This document shows positions 24,736 to 34,974 of a stretch of 64,000 bases of DNA, piece after piece (position 1 is the stretch's first letter; each line of letters opens with the position of its first letter). The stretch is taken from contig RDEW01000069.1 of the NCBI GenBank assembly GCA_011109175.1, forward strand, positions 117,758 through 181,757. Reading direction: 5' to 3'. The notes under the pieces are model-generated. The model did no database searches. It saw nothing but the letters and a program-made list of their open reading frames with translations, and was not told the DNA's origin. The translations under genes were made by a program, and so were the position numbers. The DNA is from Dicyema japonicum (taxonomy: Eukaryota; Animalia; Dicyemida).

Positions 24736-26364
24736 ATGGTTCAAAAAGTTAGCACAAAAGGATCTAAACGGGCTGCAGTTAAAGTTAGTAGCACAAAAAG
24801 TTCCGTAAGAAGTTTGGACGATTACCAGGACATCTCACGTGTGGTCTGTGATACAGCGGCCCACGTGGTAAATGGACTCTTCGAAAATAAGCCCTCTATT
24901 GGATTATATTTTAGAGGAGTCCGAGGAGTCGAGAAGCTCAGAAGGGTCGTTCGCGACTCGATCCTTCTGTCCTTCCGAATAAACATGGGGATCGATGGCA
25001 GGGCTGCTTTCCACGCTGCAGCGGACATCCCCACACAGCAAGCGGTTGATCAAGCTGTGCCTGCACCGAGGAGGATGGAGGTTGAGAGCAAGACTCAGCC
25101 TCCTATAATGGATCAAGGGAAATGGAAAAAGACCAGGCCTACTTCATACACATCAGAGGACATCCCCGCACAGCTAGCGGTTGAACAAGCTGTGCCTGGG
25201 ACGAGGAGGATGGAGGTTGAGAGCAAGACTCAGCCTCTTGAAATGAATCAAGGACCGAGAACAGAGGGCAGGGTTGAATCCGTCACACAGCCAGCGGTCC
25301 AACAGGCTGTGCCTGCCCTCGACGAAGGAAAACAAGAGGACCGTCTCCCGATGACTGTAGGCTGGACTACAGTAGGGAGAAAGAGGAAGTCTGCGGTTTC
25401 TGCCAAACCGCAGAACGTGCGTGATTCGGGTCCAGAAACCGCAAAGTGCCCTAAAAAGCATTTTGCAGGCTCGAATCAATCCAGAGCGCACGTGCCGAAA
25501 GAAAAGAAGAAAGAACAGGTATTCGGAGGGCTAACTACACTAGTTCGGCTAGAGGTGCCGAAGATGGGAGTGGTTAAACTCCTAAGTGGCATAAGTAGTC
25601 TGGCTACCTATGCGAAAGGAAGGGTCGTCAGACGAGGAGAATCCCACTTGTTGGTGGGATTCAGAAATGACGTGGACGCCTCAGCTTTTGAAGCTGAGGT
25701 GAATAAGAAGGTTCCTTTGGGCCCGGGGCACATAACATGTCTCGGGGTCATCCCCAAGGTACACGACTCGATTGTACTAGTCTTCGGAGTCCCTCTGGAC
25801 TTTGTTGATGAGGATGTACTCGAGTACATCAAAAAGGACTACCCCACGGCGCACAAGATCGAGCGCTTCAAGAGTGGGAGTCAGAGACTAAGGACTCTCA
25901 AGGTCTGGATCAGGTCCGGAGCAGAAGCTGAGAGGATCTGCCTTGAGAAGTTAAAGATAGGTTACTTTAGATTTGGTGTGGCCCGAGAGCGACCGGTAGC
26001 AATCCAGTGCTACAGATGCCAGGGATTCGGCCACACCAGCTCCCGCTGCACTTATAAAGAGAAGTGCCTAAATTGCGGGGGTCCACATTCACGGAAGGCC
26101 TGTCAATCCAGAGTCAGGTCTCTCAAGTGCGTGAACTGTGGCTTGGAGGGACACAGGGCGAGCCATACCAAGTGCCCCCTGTATCAGGAGGCGACGGAGA
26201 AGGTACCACAGGGGAGAAGGCAGGCGCCCTCCTCTGGAGTGGTCAGTGATGTAAGCGCTGTCCACCGCGTGGTAAGTCGATACTGTAGCAGCACAGGTTC
26301 AACGTTCCCTAATGCGCTTAGGGACATTGCGCTCTGCGATAGGAAGGTAAGTGCGGCGAAGTGA
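24736..26364 (+). CDS. H2B(1-20)::LINE ORF1 fusion protein, 542 aa, intact (Gag-like, three CCHC zinc knuckles)
   Basis: H2B N-terminus in frame with ORF1; [43 protein letters not shown]. Confidence 0.9.
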   Translation: MVQKVSTKGSKRAAVKVSSTKSSVRSLDDYQDISRVVCDTAAHVVNGLFENKPSIGLYFRGVRGVEKLRRVVRDSILLSFRINMGIDGRAAFHAAADIPTQQAVDQAVPAPRRMEVESKTQPPIMDQGKWKKTRPTSYTSEDIPAQLAVEQAVPGTRRMEVESKTQPLEMNQGPRTEGRVESVTQPAVQQAVPALDEGKQEDRLPMTVGWTTVGRKRKSAVSAKPQNVRDSGPETAKCPKKHFAGSNQSRAHVPKEKKKEQVFGGLTTLVRLEVPKMGVVKLLSGISSLATYAKGRVVRRGESHLLVGFRNDVDASAFEAEVNKKVPLGPGHITCLGVIPKVHDSIVLVFGVPLDFVDEDVLEYIKKDYPTAHKIERFKSGSQRLRTLKVWIRSGAEAERICLEKLKIGYFRFGVARERPVAIQCYRCQGFGHTSSRCTYKEKCLNCGGPHSRKACQSRVRSLKCVNCGLEGHRASHTKCPLYQEATEKVPQGRRQAPSSGVVSDVSAVHRVVSRYCSSTGSTFPNALRDIALCDRKVSAAK

Positions 26365-29074
26365 TGTTACGCATCATTTCAGTTAATGTTAGGTCCCTCC
26401 GGAGAAGAAGGAAGGCCATCGAGGATCTTCTGGACTCTTTGGAGGTGGACATCTTGGTCCTTAACGAGACCAAGAGTAAGGATACGGCTGCTGCAGGCTT
26501 TAAAGGCTATACTAGTTGTCATCTCTTGTGGAATGACACACATAGAGGTTCGGGCACTAGTATCTATTGGAGGACGAGTCTAGCAGCAGTCGTCCAAGGT
26601 ATTGCAAATTGTCCTCATTGCGAGCTAATATTATTACGAATCAGGTTATCTGGCTTTAGCGTTGTTATAGGGGCAATGTATGCCAAGCAGTTGTGGTTGT
26701 GTAAGGACCACATTAAAACTGTATTTGACATTCATCCCCATTGCGTTATTTTTGGTGATCTGAATGCTAAGCATTCAGATTTTGGCTGTTTTGTTAATAA
26801 TAGGGCTGGATCAGCACTCCGGGAATTAGCTTGGAATCTTGGGCTCTCAGTCACTACATCGACGGACCCCAATCACAAAGATACACGAGGAGGAGAGGAC
26901 TTCTTGGGTATGGCCGTAGCCTCCCCTTCATTAATTGGTATGCTCTCTGTACCTCGTGTTCTTAGGGACATCGGAAGCGATCACCGTCCCCTACTCACTG
27001 AGCTTCACGAACCTGTTCGACCTCAGGCCCCAATTGGCTATGACTTGGGCTCTGGCACTTGGGATAACCTGGAGTCGTTCATGGATAGAAAACTCCCTTC
27101 TCTCAAAGGGCAAGTTTGTAGTGAAGCGGACGTGGAGGAATTGGATGCCACCCTGGGTGGTATCCTCGAGGAATACATGCGGACTAACTTCCGGTTACGT
27201 CCGCAAGGTGGAGGCTCCGCACGAATTCCAGGCCTGATTTTAAGTAAGATAACACTTAGAAAGAGGTACCTGCGGTTCAAAGCGAGGAGCACGTATGAAG
27301 AGAACCGGATCTTCTACCAGAAGAAGGTAAACACCTTACGAAGGGAAATCCGGAAGGCGCTTGTTGACTATCAGAGCAACAAATGGAGGAGGGCCTGCGA
27401 GAGGGTGAACCCCGCATGGCCGGACTTCTGGAGTCAGCTGAAGCGCCTGTCGGGCAGAGGGGAAGAGTCATCTGCGCGTACCCTGTGTCGTGCGGACGGT
27501 TCTAAAACCTCTGACCCGACTGAAATAGCGAGCATCTTTGCAGGTAGCTTTAGGGCAGTTACTGCAGTTCGACCAGAGAACTTTGTCGAGTTAACAGCTC
27601 GACAAAGTATAGAGGACGTCATCTCTGCGGAGAGACGGAAGTTGAGCCACTCTCGGGAGATCCCGAAGGTGGCATGCATCACCGAGGAGGAGGTCCGGGC
27701 CGCGATAAGTAAATCGAAGAACAACGCACCGGGCCAAGACAAGATCCCCATGGCCCTTTTCAAGAAAGGACCTGGAAGTCTCGTGAACACCTTGGTAAGA
27801 TTGTACAACGGTAGTACAGGTTGGGTTACGTTCCTAGGCGTTGGAAGGAAGCGGAACTGGTTTTTGTAAGGAAACCAGGAAAACCTCCTGAAGACCCTAG
27901 TAGCTACCGCCCTATAAGCTTGTTACCTGCCGTTGCTAAAATCTTAGAGAGAGTGATACACCAGAGGTTAACCCAGGAATGCATAATAAAAGACACCCTC
28001 TCGGACCTTCAGATGGGATTCCGTGAGGGGCGTTCCTGTGGGGACTGCCTCTGGAGGTTGAGCTCTCAGATTCGTGAAAGGAGCAAGAAGCAATGCACAG
28101 CCGCGTTGTTCCTGGATGTGGAGAGGGCGTTCGACTCGGTCTGGCATGACGGCCTCCGTTGCGCCCTCGCAGAAGGAGGAATATCTCTGGAGCTAAGGAG
28201 CTGGTTATCAAGCTTCTTAGAGGATCGGATGAACTATGTAAGGCATAAAGGTTGCCGATCTAGTTTGTTTAGATCTAACCGGGGAGTTCCACAAGGGTCG
28301 GTTTTGAGCCCCACCCTTTTCAACGTTTACATGTCTACACTTCCCCACCCAGCCAATGTGAGGACGGAGATGGCTATCTATGCGGACGACATAGTACTCT
28401 GGGATCACTCGTGGAAACCAGATGTAGCGTGTCGGAGGATTCAAGTAGCTGTCAATGAAATCATACGCTGGTGTGGGAGCAGAGGACTTAGGCTGAGACC
28501 TGAGAAATGTAAGTTATTAGTTTTTGGCCGCCCTAAGCGGTCTAATAATTTAATACCTAGAGTAACCATCTATGGGGTACCTATAGAGGTTACTGGGCGG
28601 ACGAGCTACCTTGGAGTGACATTCAACTCCAAGTGTAGTTTCCAGGAGCACACCGCCCTCGTTAAGAGGCGGGCTGTGCAAAGATTAGGAGCGTTGAGGG
28701 CTTTTCAGCTGAGTCGCGATGCCTGGGCCAAAGTGTTCAACGCCATGGTGCTGCCTATGCTCACCTATGGTGCGCACTCCTGGTATTGTAGTGAGGAACG
28801 CGAAAAGTGCCTCACCAACTTGAGGAAGGTTCGGCGGCGGGCAATACGGTATTCTATAGGATTGTCTTATAGAGCGCCGCTGCCCGAAAGAGGATATCCG
28901 ATTTCAGGACCCGAGGAAGTGATTAAAAAGATCTTAAAAAATTAAAGAAGGAGGCACGGGGAAGACGAATGGATGCACGAAAACGCTGCCGCAAGGCGGT
29001 GAAAGGGCCTTAGTTAGTTCTTCCCTATTACTTAACATTTGTTTTTTGCCTAATAAAGATTTTTCCTTCCTTTC
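24797..29074 (+). mobile_element. Near-intact autonomous family A LINE (ORF1 + ORF2 + 3' UTR), probably I/Jockey/R1-group, 3' end 27 nt upstream of the H3 ATG
   Basis: Two ORFs, AATAAA and ttccttcc tail, then aatcgataattttc of the H3 leader. Confidence 0.95.
26364..28945 (+). CDS. LINE ORF2: APE endonuclease + reverse transcriptase, ~860 aa, with single-base indels near 27815 and 28900
   Basis: ISVNVRSL, LNETK, GDLNAKH, SDH; APGQDKI, YRPISLL, FLDVERAFDSV, GVPQGSVLSPTLF, YADD, YLGV. Confidence 0.92.
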
Positions 29075-29101
29075 AATCGATAATTTTCATTTTCATTAAT
29101 A

Positions 29102-29512
29102 ATGGCACGAACAAAACAAACTGCTAGAAAATCAACTGGAGCAAAAGTTCCAAGGAAACAGCTTTCTGCTAAATCTGCACGCAAGTCAGTTTCTCAATTG
29201 GGTGGTGTAAAGAAACCACATCGCTTTCGTCCTGGTGTCGTGGCAATGAGGGAGATCAGAAGATATCAAAAGAGTACTGACCTTCTATTGCGAAAGACAC
29301 CGTTCCAAAGGGTTGTTAGAGAAGCAGCACAATTTATGAAGACAGATTTACGTTTCCAATCATCGGCCATTGTTGCTCTTCAGGAGGCTGCAGAGACTTA
29401 TTTGGTCGGGATTTTTGAGGATAGTAATTTGTGTGCAATACATGGAAAACGAGTAACAATAATGCCACAGGATATGCACCTAGCAAGGAGAATTCGTGGT
29501 GAAAAAACATAA
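29102..29512 (+). CDS. H3: Histone H3
   Basis: Intact 136-aa ORF. Confidence 0.97.
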   Translation: MARTKQTARKSTGAKVPRKQLSAKSARKSVSQLGGVKKPHRFRPGVVAMREIRRYQKSTDLLLRKTPFQRVVREAAQFMKTDLRFQSSAIVALQEAAETYLVGIFEDSNLCAIHGKRVTIMPQDMHLARRIRGEKT

Positions 29513-30784
29513 CTTTTCGATAAATCAAATAAATATAATTTGTCTCTTTTTTTTAAATTAACCTAATCCCGACAAAATTTAGGAAAAATAAAAATCCAAT
29601 CCTTATAGCCTAATTGATAATGTTTTTCGAGACGCAATGTCGTTTTAAATTGTTAATTCACGGGAATTTCTAATCATACGCAGTTTCTATCAACTAGCTA
29701 AAAATAGCCTATATAAACCCAACTTCAATGTAACAAACTAACCAAATAAATCTCAAGTACAAAAATAAGACAAATTTTTAATTTTGACACTGTTTAAAAA
29801 ACAAAAAAACTATATCATTTTCTTTTAATGTAACAAACTAACCATATAAAATCTCCCTTTAATTACAAAAATAAGACAAATTTTTAATTTTGACACTGTT
29901 AAATAACAATTTGAATATTATATATAAAATTAAATTAATCGCTGTCGAAAAATTGGGGTCAAAAATCCAGGTTTTTGCGGCTGATTGATCTCAAACCAAG
30001 TTCATTCCACGCGTCTTGCTTTTAGGCGTTAAAATATGAAATCAGATTAAAAATTGGACGCACGTTTGCGGAGATTTGATAATTGATTATTTTTTAGTTT
30101 TTATAAATTAAATTTGTCTATTATTCTTGTTTATGTAAGCCTTGTTAACCTTTAACTAAATTAATTTATTTTTTTGATTACCTAAATGCTACATTCTAAG
30201 ATAGTTCTAGATATTGACTTAGTCGGCTAGGCTTACAGTTGGTTAGTAATAATGTAACTTTTTTCAAAATAACTTTTGTAAGTGACTGATTATTGTATTT
30301 AAGAGACTGAATCGGTATATAGAGGGGAGCAACTTTCTACGACCTAATCAATTTGGATTCCGTCCGGGAAGATCATGTGGAGATTGTATCCACTCACTAA
30401 ACTACGAAATTATAAATACATTGGAGAAGAAATTAATTTGTCTAATTAAATTTGTCTACTATTCTTGTTTATGTAAGTCTTGTTATCCTTTAACTAAATT
30501 AATTTTTTTTTGATTATCCAATTGCTACATTCCAGATAGTTCTTGACTTGTCAGCTAGGGTTACAGTTGGTTAGTAATAATGTAACTTTTTGCAAGATAA
30601 CTTTTGTAAGTAATTAAGTTTCAATTTTATTAATAGGGTTTTACTCCTTTGGAGTAATTTTCCGATAGATATCTTGACAAAATAAAGGCAGATGTCTTAT
30701 TACTTAGGGATCAAATGATTTCTGGCTAGCAAGTACTATAGTTGATAAAAGTCAATTAAAGTAAAGGTTTATTTAATAAAATTG

Positions 30785-31147
30785 TTAAGTGGATGCTGGT
30801 TTTGCGGGCTCAGCACTTTTGCGACAGATGTATCTTCCGCAAGAGATTATTGCATTTTGGGTAAGTTCTTTTAATTCGTCATCGGCATTGATTGCGACAG
30901 ACAGGTGACAAGGTTTGATCCTTCGCTTTGCAGCCTTGAGTGCAGTATTACCACAAAGTTCCAGCACTTCAGCACATAGATACTCCATTACAGCTCCAAC
31001 GTAGATGGCAGCACCAACTGCAACTCGCATTCTGGTCTCACTTCTCAAGCATCTATGAATTCGACCAACTGGAAATTGCAAGCCTGCTCTAACTGATTTG
31101 CTTTTCGCTTTTGTACGTACTTTTCCACCTTTGCCGCGAGTAGACAT
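30785..31147 (-). CDS. H2A: Histone H2A
   Basis: Intact 120-aa ORF. Confidence 0.95.
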   Translation of the reverse strand: MSTRGKGGKVRTKAKSKSVRAGLQFPVGRIHRCLRSETRMRVAVGAAIYVGAVMEYLCAEVLELCGNTALKAAKRRIKPCHLSVAINADDELKELTQNAIISCGRYICRKSAEPAKPAST

Positions 31148-31342
31148 TTTATTGAAAATTTTGAATTTTTTCGTACTTATGTTTTTAAATTGTGCTTCCG
31201 GAAAAAACTTTTAGAATTAGCATAAGAAAATCAATACTTTCTAAAGTTTATTCTGGAAGCACAATTTGAAAACATATAAGTACGAAAAAATTCAAAATTT
31301 TCGATTTCAGACTATTTTGATTTGATTGAATTTTCGAAGACT

Positions 31343-31711
31343 ATGGTTCAAAAAGTGAGTACTAAAGGATCTAAAAGAGCTGCAGTTAAAGTTAGTAGCA
31401 CAACACGTGCCTTACGAAAAAAGAAAAAGCGATCCCAAAACTATCATTTGTACATTCTGAGGATTTTGAAATCTGTCCACACTGATTTGGGGATGTCAAA
31501 GAAAGCTATGATGGCTATGGACAGCTTTACTTTTGACATTTACGAAAAAATCAAGAACGAAGCTTGCAATCTAGTTCAGCATAATAGCAAAGCTACTATC
31601 ACATCAAGAGAAATTCAAACAGCTGTACGTTTGATTTTGCCTGGAGAATTGGCAAAGCATGCAATTACCGAAGGGGCAAAGGCGGTCACCAAGTATACCA
31701 ATACTAAGTGA
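31343..31711 (+). CDS. H2B: Histone H2B
   Basis: Intact 122-aa ORF. Confidence 0.97.
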   Translation: MVQKVSTKGSKRAAVKVSSTTRALRKKKKRSQNYHLYILRILKSVHTDLGMSKKAMMAMDSFTFDIYEKIKNEACNLVQHNSKATITSREIQTAVRLILPGELAKHAITEGAKAVTKYTNTK

Positions 31712-32001
31712 TTTTTACTTGATATAATAAAGAAAACTTGTTTTCTAACATTTTTCTTACATAAAAATAGCTCACGTGTCATAGTCTTAACAAAAGAATG
31801 TTTTTTTATTATTTTAGCGCAATAAGAACGTTTTTTATTATTTTTAACGCTATTTAAAAAGTCCGTTTTAGTGTGTTTTCCAATTTTCACTTTAATATCG
31901 ATTTGTGCTTCCGTGAAAAACTTTTAATATTATCGATTTGTGCTTCGGCGAAAAATTTTTGCGTCGTCAATTTATAAACGCCAAATTTGGAGCGCAAAGC
32001 A

Positions 32002-33675
32002 ATGTCAGGACGTGGTAAAGGTGGAAAAGGAGGAAAGTCAGGTGCAAAGCGATTCAAAAAGATCCTGATCGATAACATTCAGGGGATCACAACACATTCC
32101 GTACGAAATCTTGAGGATTATGAGGACATCTCACGTGTGGTCTGCGACACAGCGGCCCACGTGGTACAAGGACTCTTCGAAAATAAGCCCTCTATTGGAT
32201 TATATTTTAGAGGAGTCCGAGGAGTAGAGAAGCTCAGAAGGGTCGTTTCGCGACTCGATCCTTCTGTCATTCAGAGTTAATATGGGGATCGATGGCAGGG
32301 CTGCTTTCCACACTGCAGCGGACATCCCCACACAGCAAGCGGTTGATCAAGCTGTGCCTGCACCGAGGAGGAGGATGGAGGTTGAGAGCAAGACTCAGCC
32401 TCCTGTAATGGATCCAAGGACCGAGGAAAACATCCCAGCACAGCTAGCGGTTGAACAAGCTGTGCCTGGGACGAGGAGGATGGATGTTGAGAGCAAGACT
32501 CAGCCTCTTGAAAAGAATCAAGGACCGAGAACCGAGGGCAGGGCTGAATCCGTCACACAACCAGCGGTCCAACAGGCTGTGCCTGCCCTCGACGAAGTGC
32601 GACAAGAGGACCATCTCCCGATGACTGTAGGCTGGACTACAGTAGGGAGAAAGAGGAAGTCTGCGGTTTCTGCCAAACCGCAGAACGTGCGTGATTCGGG
32701 TCCAGAAACCGCAAAGTGCCCTAAAAGCATTTTTGCAGGCTCGAATCAATCCAGAGCGCACGTGCCGAAAGAAAAGAAGAAAGAACAGGTATTCGGAGGA
32801 CTAACTACACTAGTTCGGCTAGAGGTGCCGAAGATGGGAGTGGTTAAACTCCTAAGTGGCATAGGTACACTGGCTACCTATGCGAAAGAAGGATCGTCAG
32901 ACGAGGAGAATCCCACTTGTTGGTGGGATTCAGAAATGACGTGGACGCCTCAGCTTTTGAAGCTGAGGTGAATAAGAAGGTTCCTTTTGGGCCCGGGGCA
33001 CATAACATGTCTCGGGTCATCCCCAAGGTACACGACTCGATTGTACTAGTCTTCGGAGTCCCTCTGGACTTTGTTGATGAGGATGTACTCGAGTACATCA
33101 AAAAGGACTACCCCACGGCGCACAAGATCGAGCGCTTCAAGAGTGGGAGTCAGAGACTAAGGACTCTCAAGGTCTGGATCAGGTCCGGAGCGGAAGCTGA
33201 GAGGATCTGCCTTGAGAAGTTAAAGATAGGTTACTTTAGATTTGGTGTGGCCCGAGAGCGACCGGTAGCAATCCAGTGCTACAGATGCCAGGGATTCGGC
33301 CACACCAGCTCCCGCTGCACTTATAAAGAGAAGTGCCTAAATTGCGGGGGTCCACATTCGCGGAAGGCTTGCCAAACAAGTGGCAAGTCTCTCAAATGCG
33401 TGAACTGTGGCGCAGAAGGACACAGGGCGAGCCATACCAAGTGCCCCCTGTATCAGGAGGCGACGGAGAAGGTACCACAGGGGAGAAGGCAGGCGCCCTC
33501 CTCTGGAATGGTCAGTGATGTAGGCACTATCCATCGGATGGTGAGTAACTATTGCAATGCCACTGGGGCTTCGCTCCAAACGGCACTTAGGGATATCGCG
33601 TTATCTCATAGGTTAAATAATGCGTCGAAGGGATGCTCAACATCGTCTTCGAAACAGGAGGACTTTAGAATATGA
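32002..33675 (+). CDS. H4(1-30)::LINE ORF1 fusion with a few single-base indels downstream
   Basis: Open across the junction: MSGRG...[27 protein letters not shown]. Confidence 0.8.
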
Positions 33676-33830
33676 CGAAGACTTTTATAAAACGAAGGAG
33701 GCACGGGGAAGACGAATGTGATGGCACGAAAAACGCTGCGCAAGGCGGTGAAAGGGCCTTTAGTTAGTTCTTCCCTGATTACTTAACATTTGTTTTTTGC
33801 CTAATAAAGATTTTTCCATTCCATTTTTCC
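32093..33830 (+). mobile_element. ORF1-only family A derivative in the H4 5' end
   Basis: ORF1 plus 3' UTR plus ttccattcca tail, followed by H4 upstream sequence from -55. Confidence 0.92.
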
Positions 33831-33885
33831 GCGAAAAACCTTTTGCGTCGTCAATTTATAAACGCCAAATTTGGAGCGCAAAGCA

Positions 33886-34193
33886 ATGTCTGGACGTGGT
33901 AAAGGTGGAAAAGGAGGAAAGTCAGGTGCAAAGCGATTCAAAAAGATCCTGATCGATAACATTCAGGGGATCACAAAGCCTGCAATTAGGAGACTGTGTC
34001 GTAGAGGAGGTGTGAGAAGGATCTCAGGAAAATTTATGAGGAGACAAGATGTGTCCTCAGGATCTTTATTGAGAGAACTATAAGAGATTGCATTTCCTAT
34101 TGTGAACACGCTAAAAGAAAAACTGTGATTGCTATGGATGTGGTCTATGCCTTGAAGAGACAAGGGAGAACAATATATGGATTTGGTGGATGA
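33886..34193 (+). CDS. H4: Histone H4 regenerated downstream of the insertion (1-nt homopolymer indel)
   Basis: Aligns to intact H4. Confidence 0.88.
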
Positions 34194-34563
34194 CTTTTTT
34201 TTAATAAAAAAAATAAATTTTTATCTATATTAAATTCTGAGATATAAATTAAGTCGTTTTAGGGTTACAAGAAGCTTTCTGTAAATAGTGTTTTTTATGA
34301 ATTCTAATTACACAGTGATAATTTTAAAATTTTGTAAAATAGCTTTTTTCTACTTTAATGTGGTAAAATTTTGCTTTAAATAATTGATAATTTAAAAAAA
34401 AATTGTGTTTTGATAATTTTCCAAATTGTGCTTCCGGAAAAAAATTACTTGCTCTCTCGTATTGTTGCAAAATTGCGTGTGCTTCAGCGAAAAATTTAAG
34501 CGTACGTTAGTATTAATACATCGCAGAAAAAAATCGATAATTTTCATTTTTCATTGATAAATA

Positions 34564-34974
34564 ATGGCACGAACAAAACAAACTGCTAGAAAATCAACTG
34601 GAGCAAAAGTTCCAAGGAAACAGCTTTCTGCTAAATCTGCACGCAAGTCAGTTTCTCAATTGGGTGGTGTAAAGAAACCACATCGATTTCGTCCTGGTGT
34701 CGTGGCAATGAGGGAGATCAGAAGATATCAAAAGAGTACTGACCTTCTATTGCGAAAGACACCGTTCCAAAGGGTTGTTAGAGAAGCAGCACAATTTATG
34801 AAGACAGATTTACGTTTCCAATCATCGGCCATTGTTGCTCTTCAGGAGGCTGCAGAGACTTATTTGGTCGGGATTTTTGAGGATAGTAATTTGTGTGCAA
34901 TACATGGAAAACGAGTAACAATAATGCCACAGGATATGCACCTAGCAAGGAGAATTCGTGGTGAAAAAACATAA
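34564..34974 (+). CDS. H3: Histone H3
   Basis: Intact 136-aa ORF. Confidence 0.97.
   Translation: MARTKQTARKSTGAKVPRKQLSAKSARKSVSQLGGVKKPHRFRPGVVAMREIRRYQKSTDLLLRKTPFQRVVREAAQFMKTDLRFQSSAIVALQEAAETYLVGIFEDSNLCAIHGKRVTIMPQDMHLARRIRGEKT

Noticed and set aside
17219-25330. ORF1 internal repeats or histone units as a CRISPR-like array
   Set aside because: Eukaryotic coding repeats without a constant repeat/unique spacer structure
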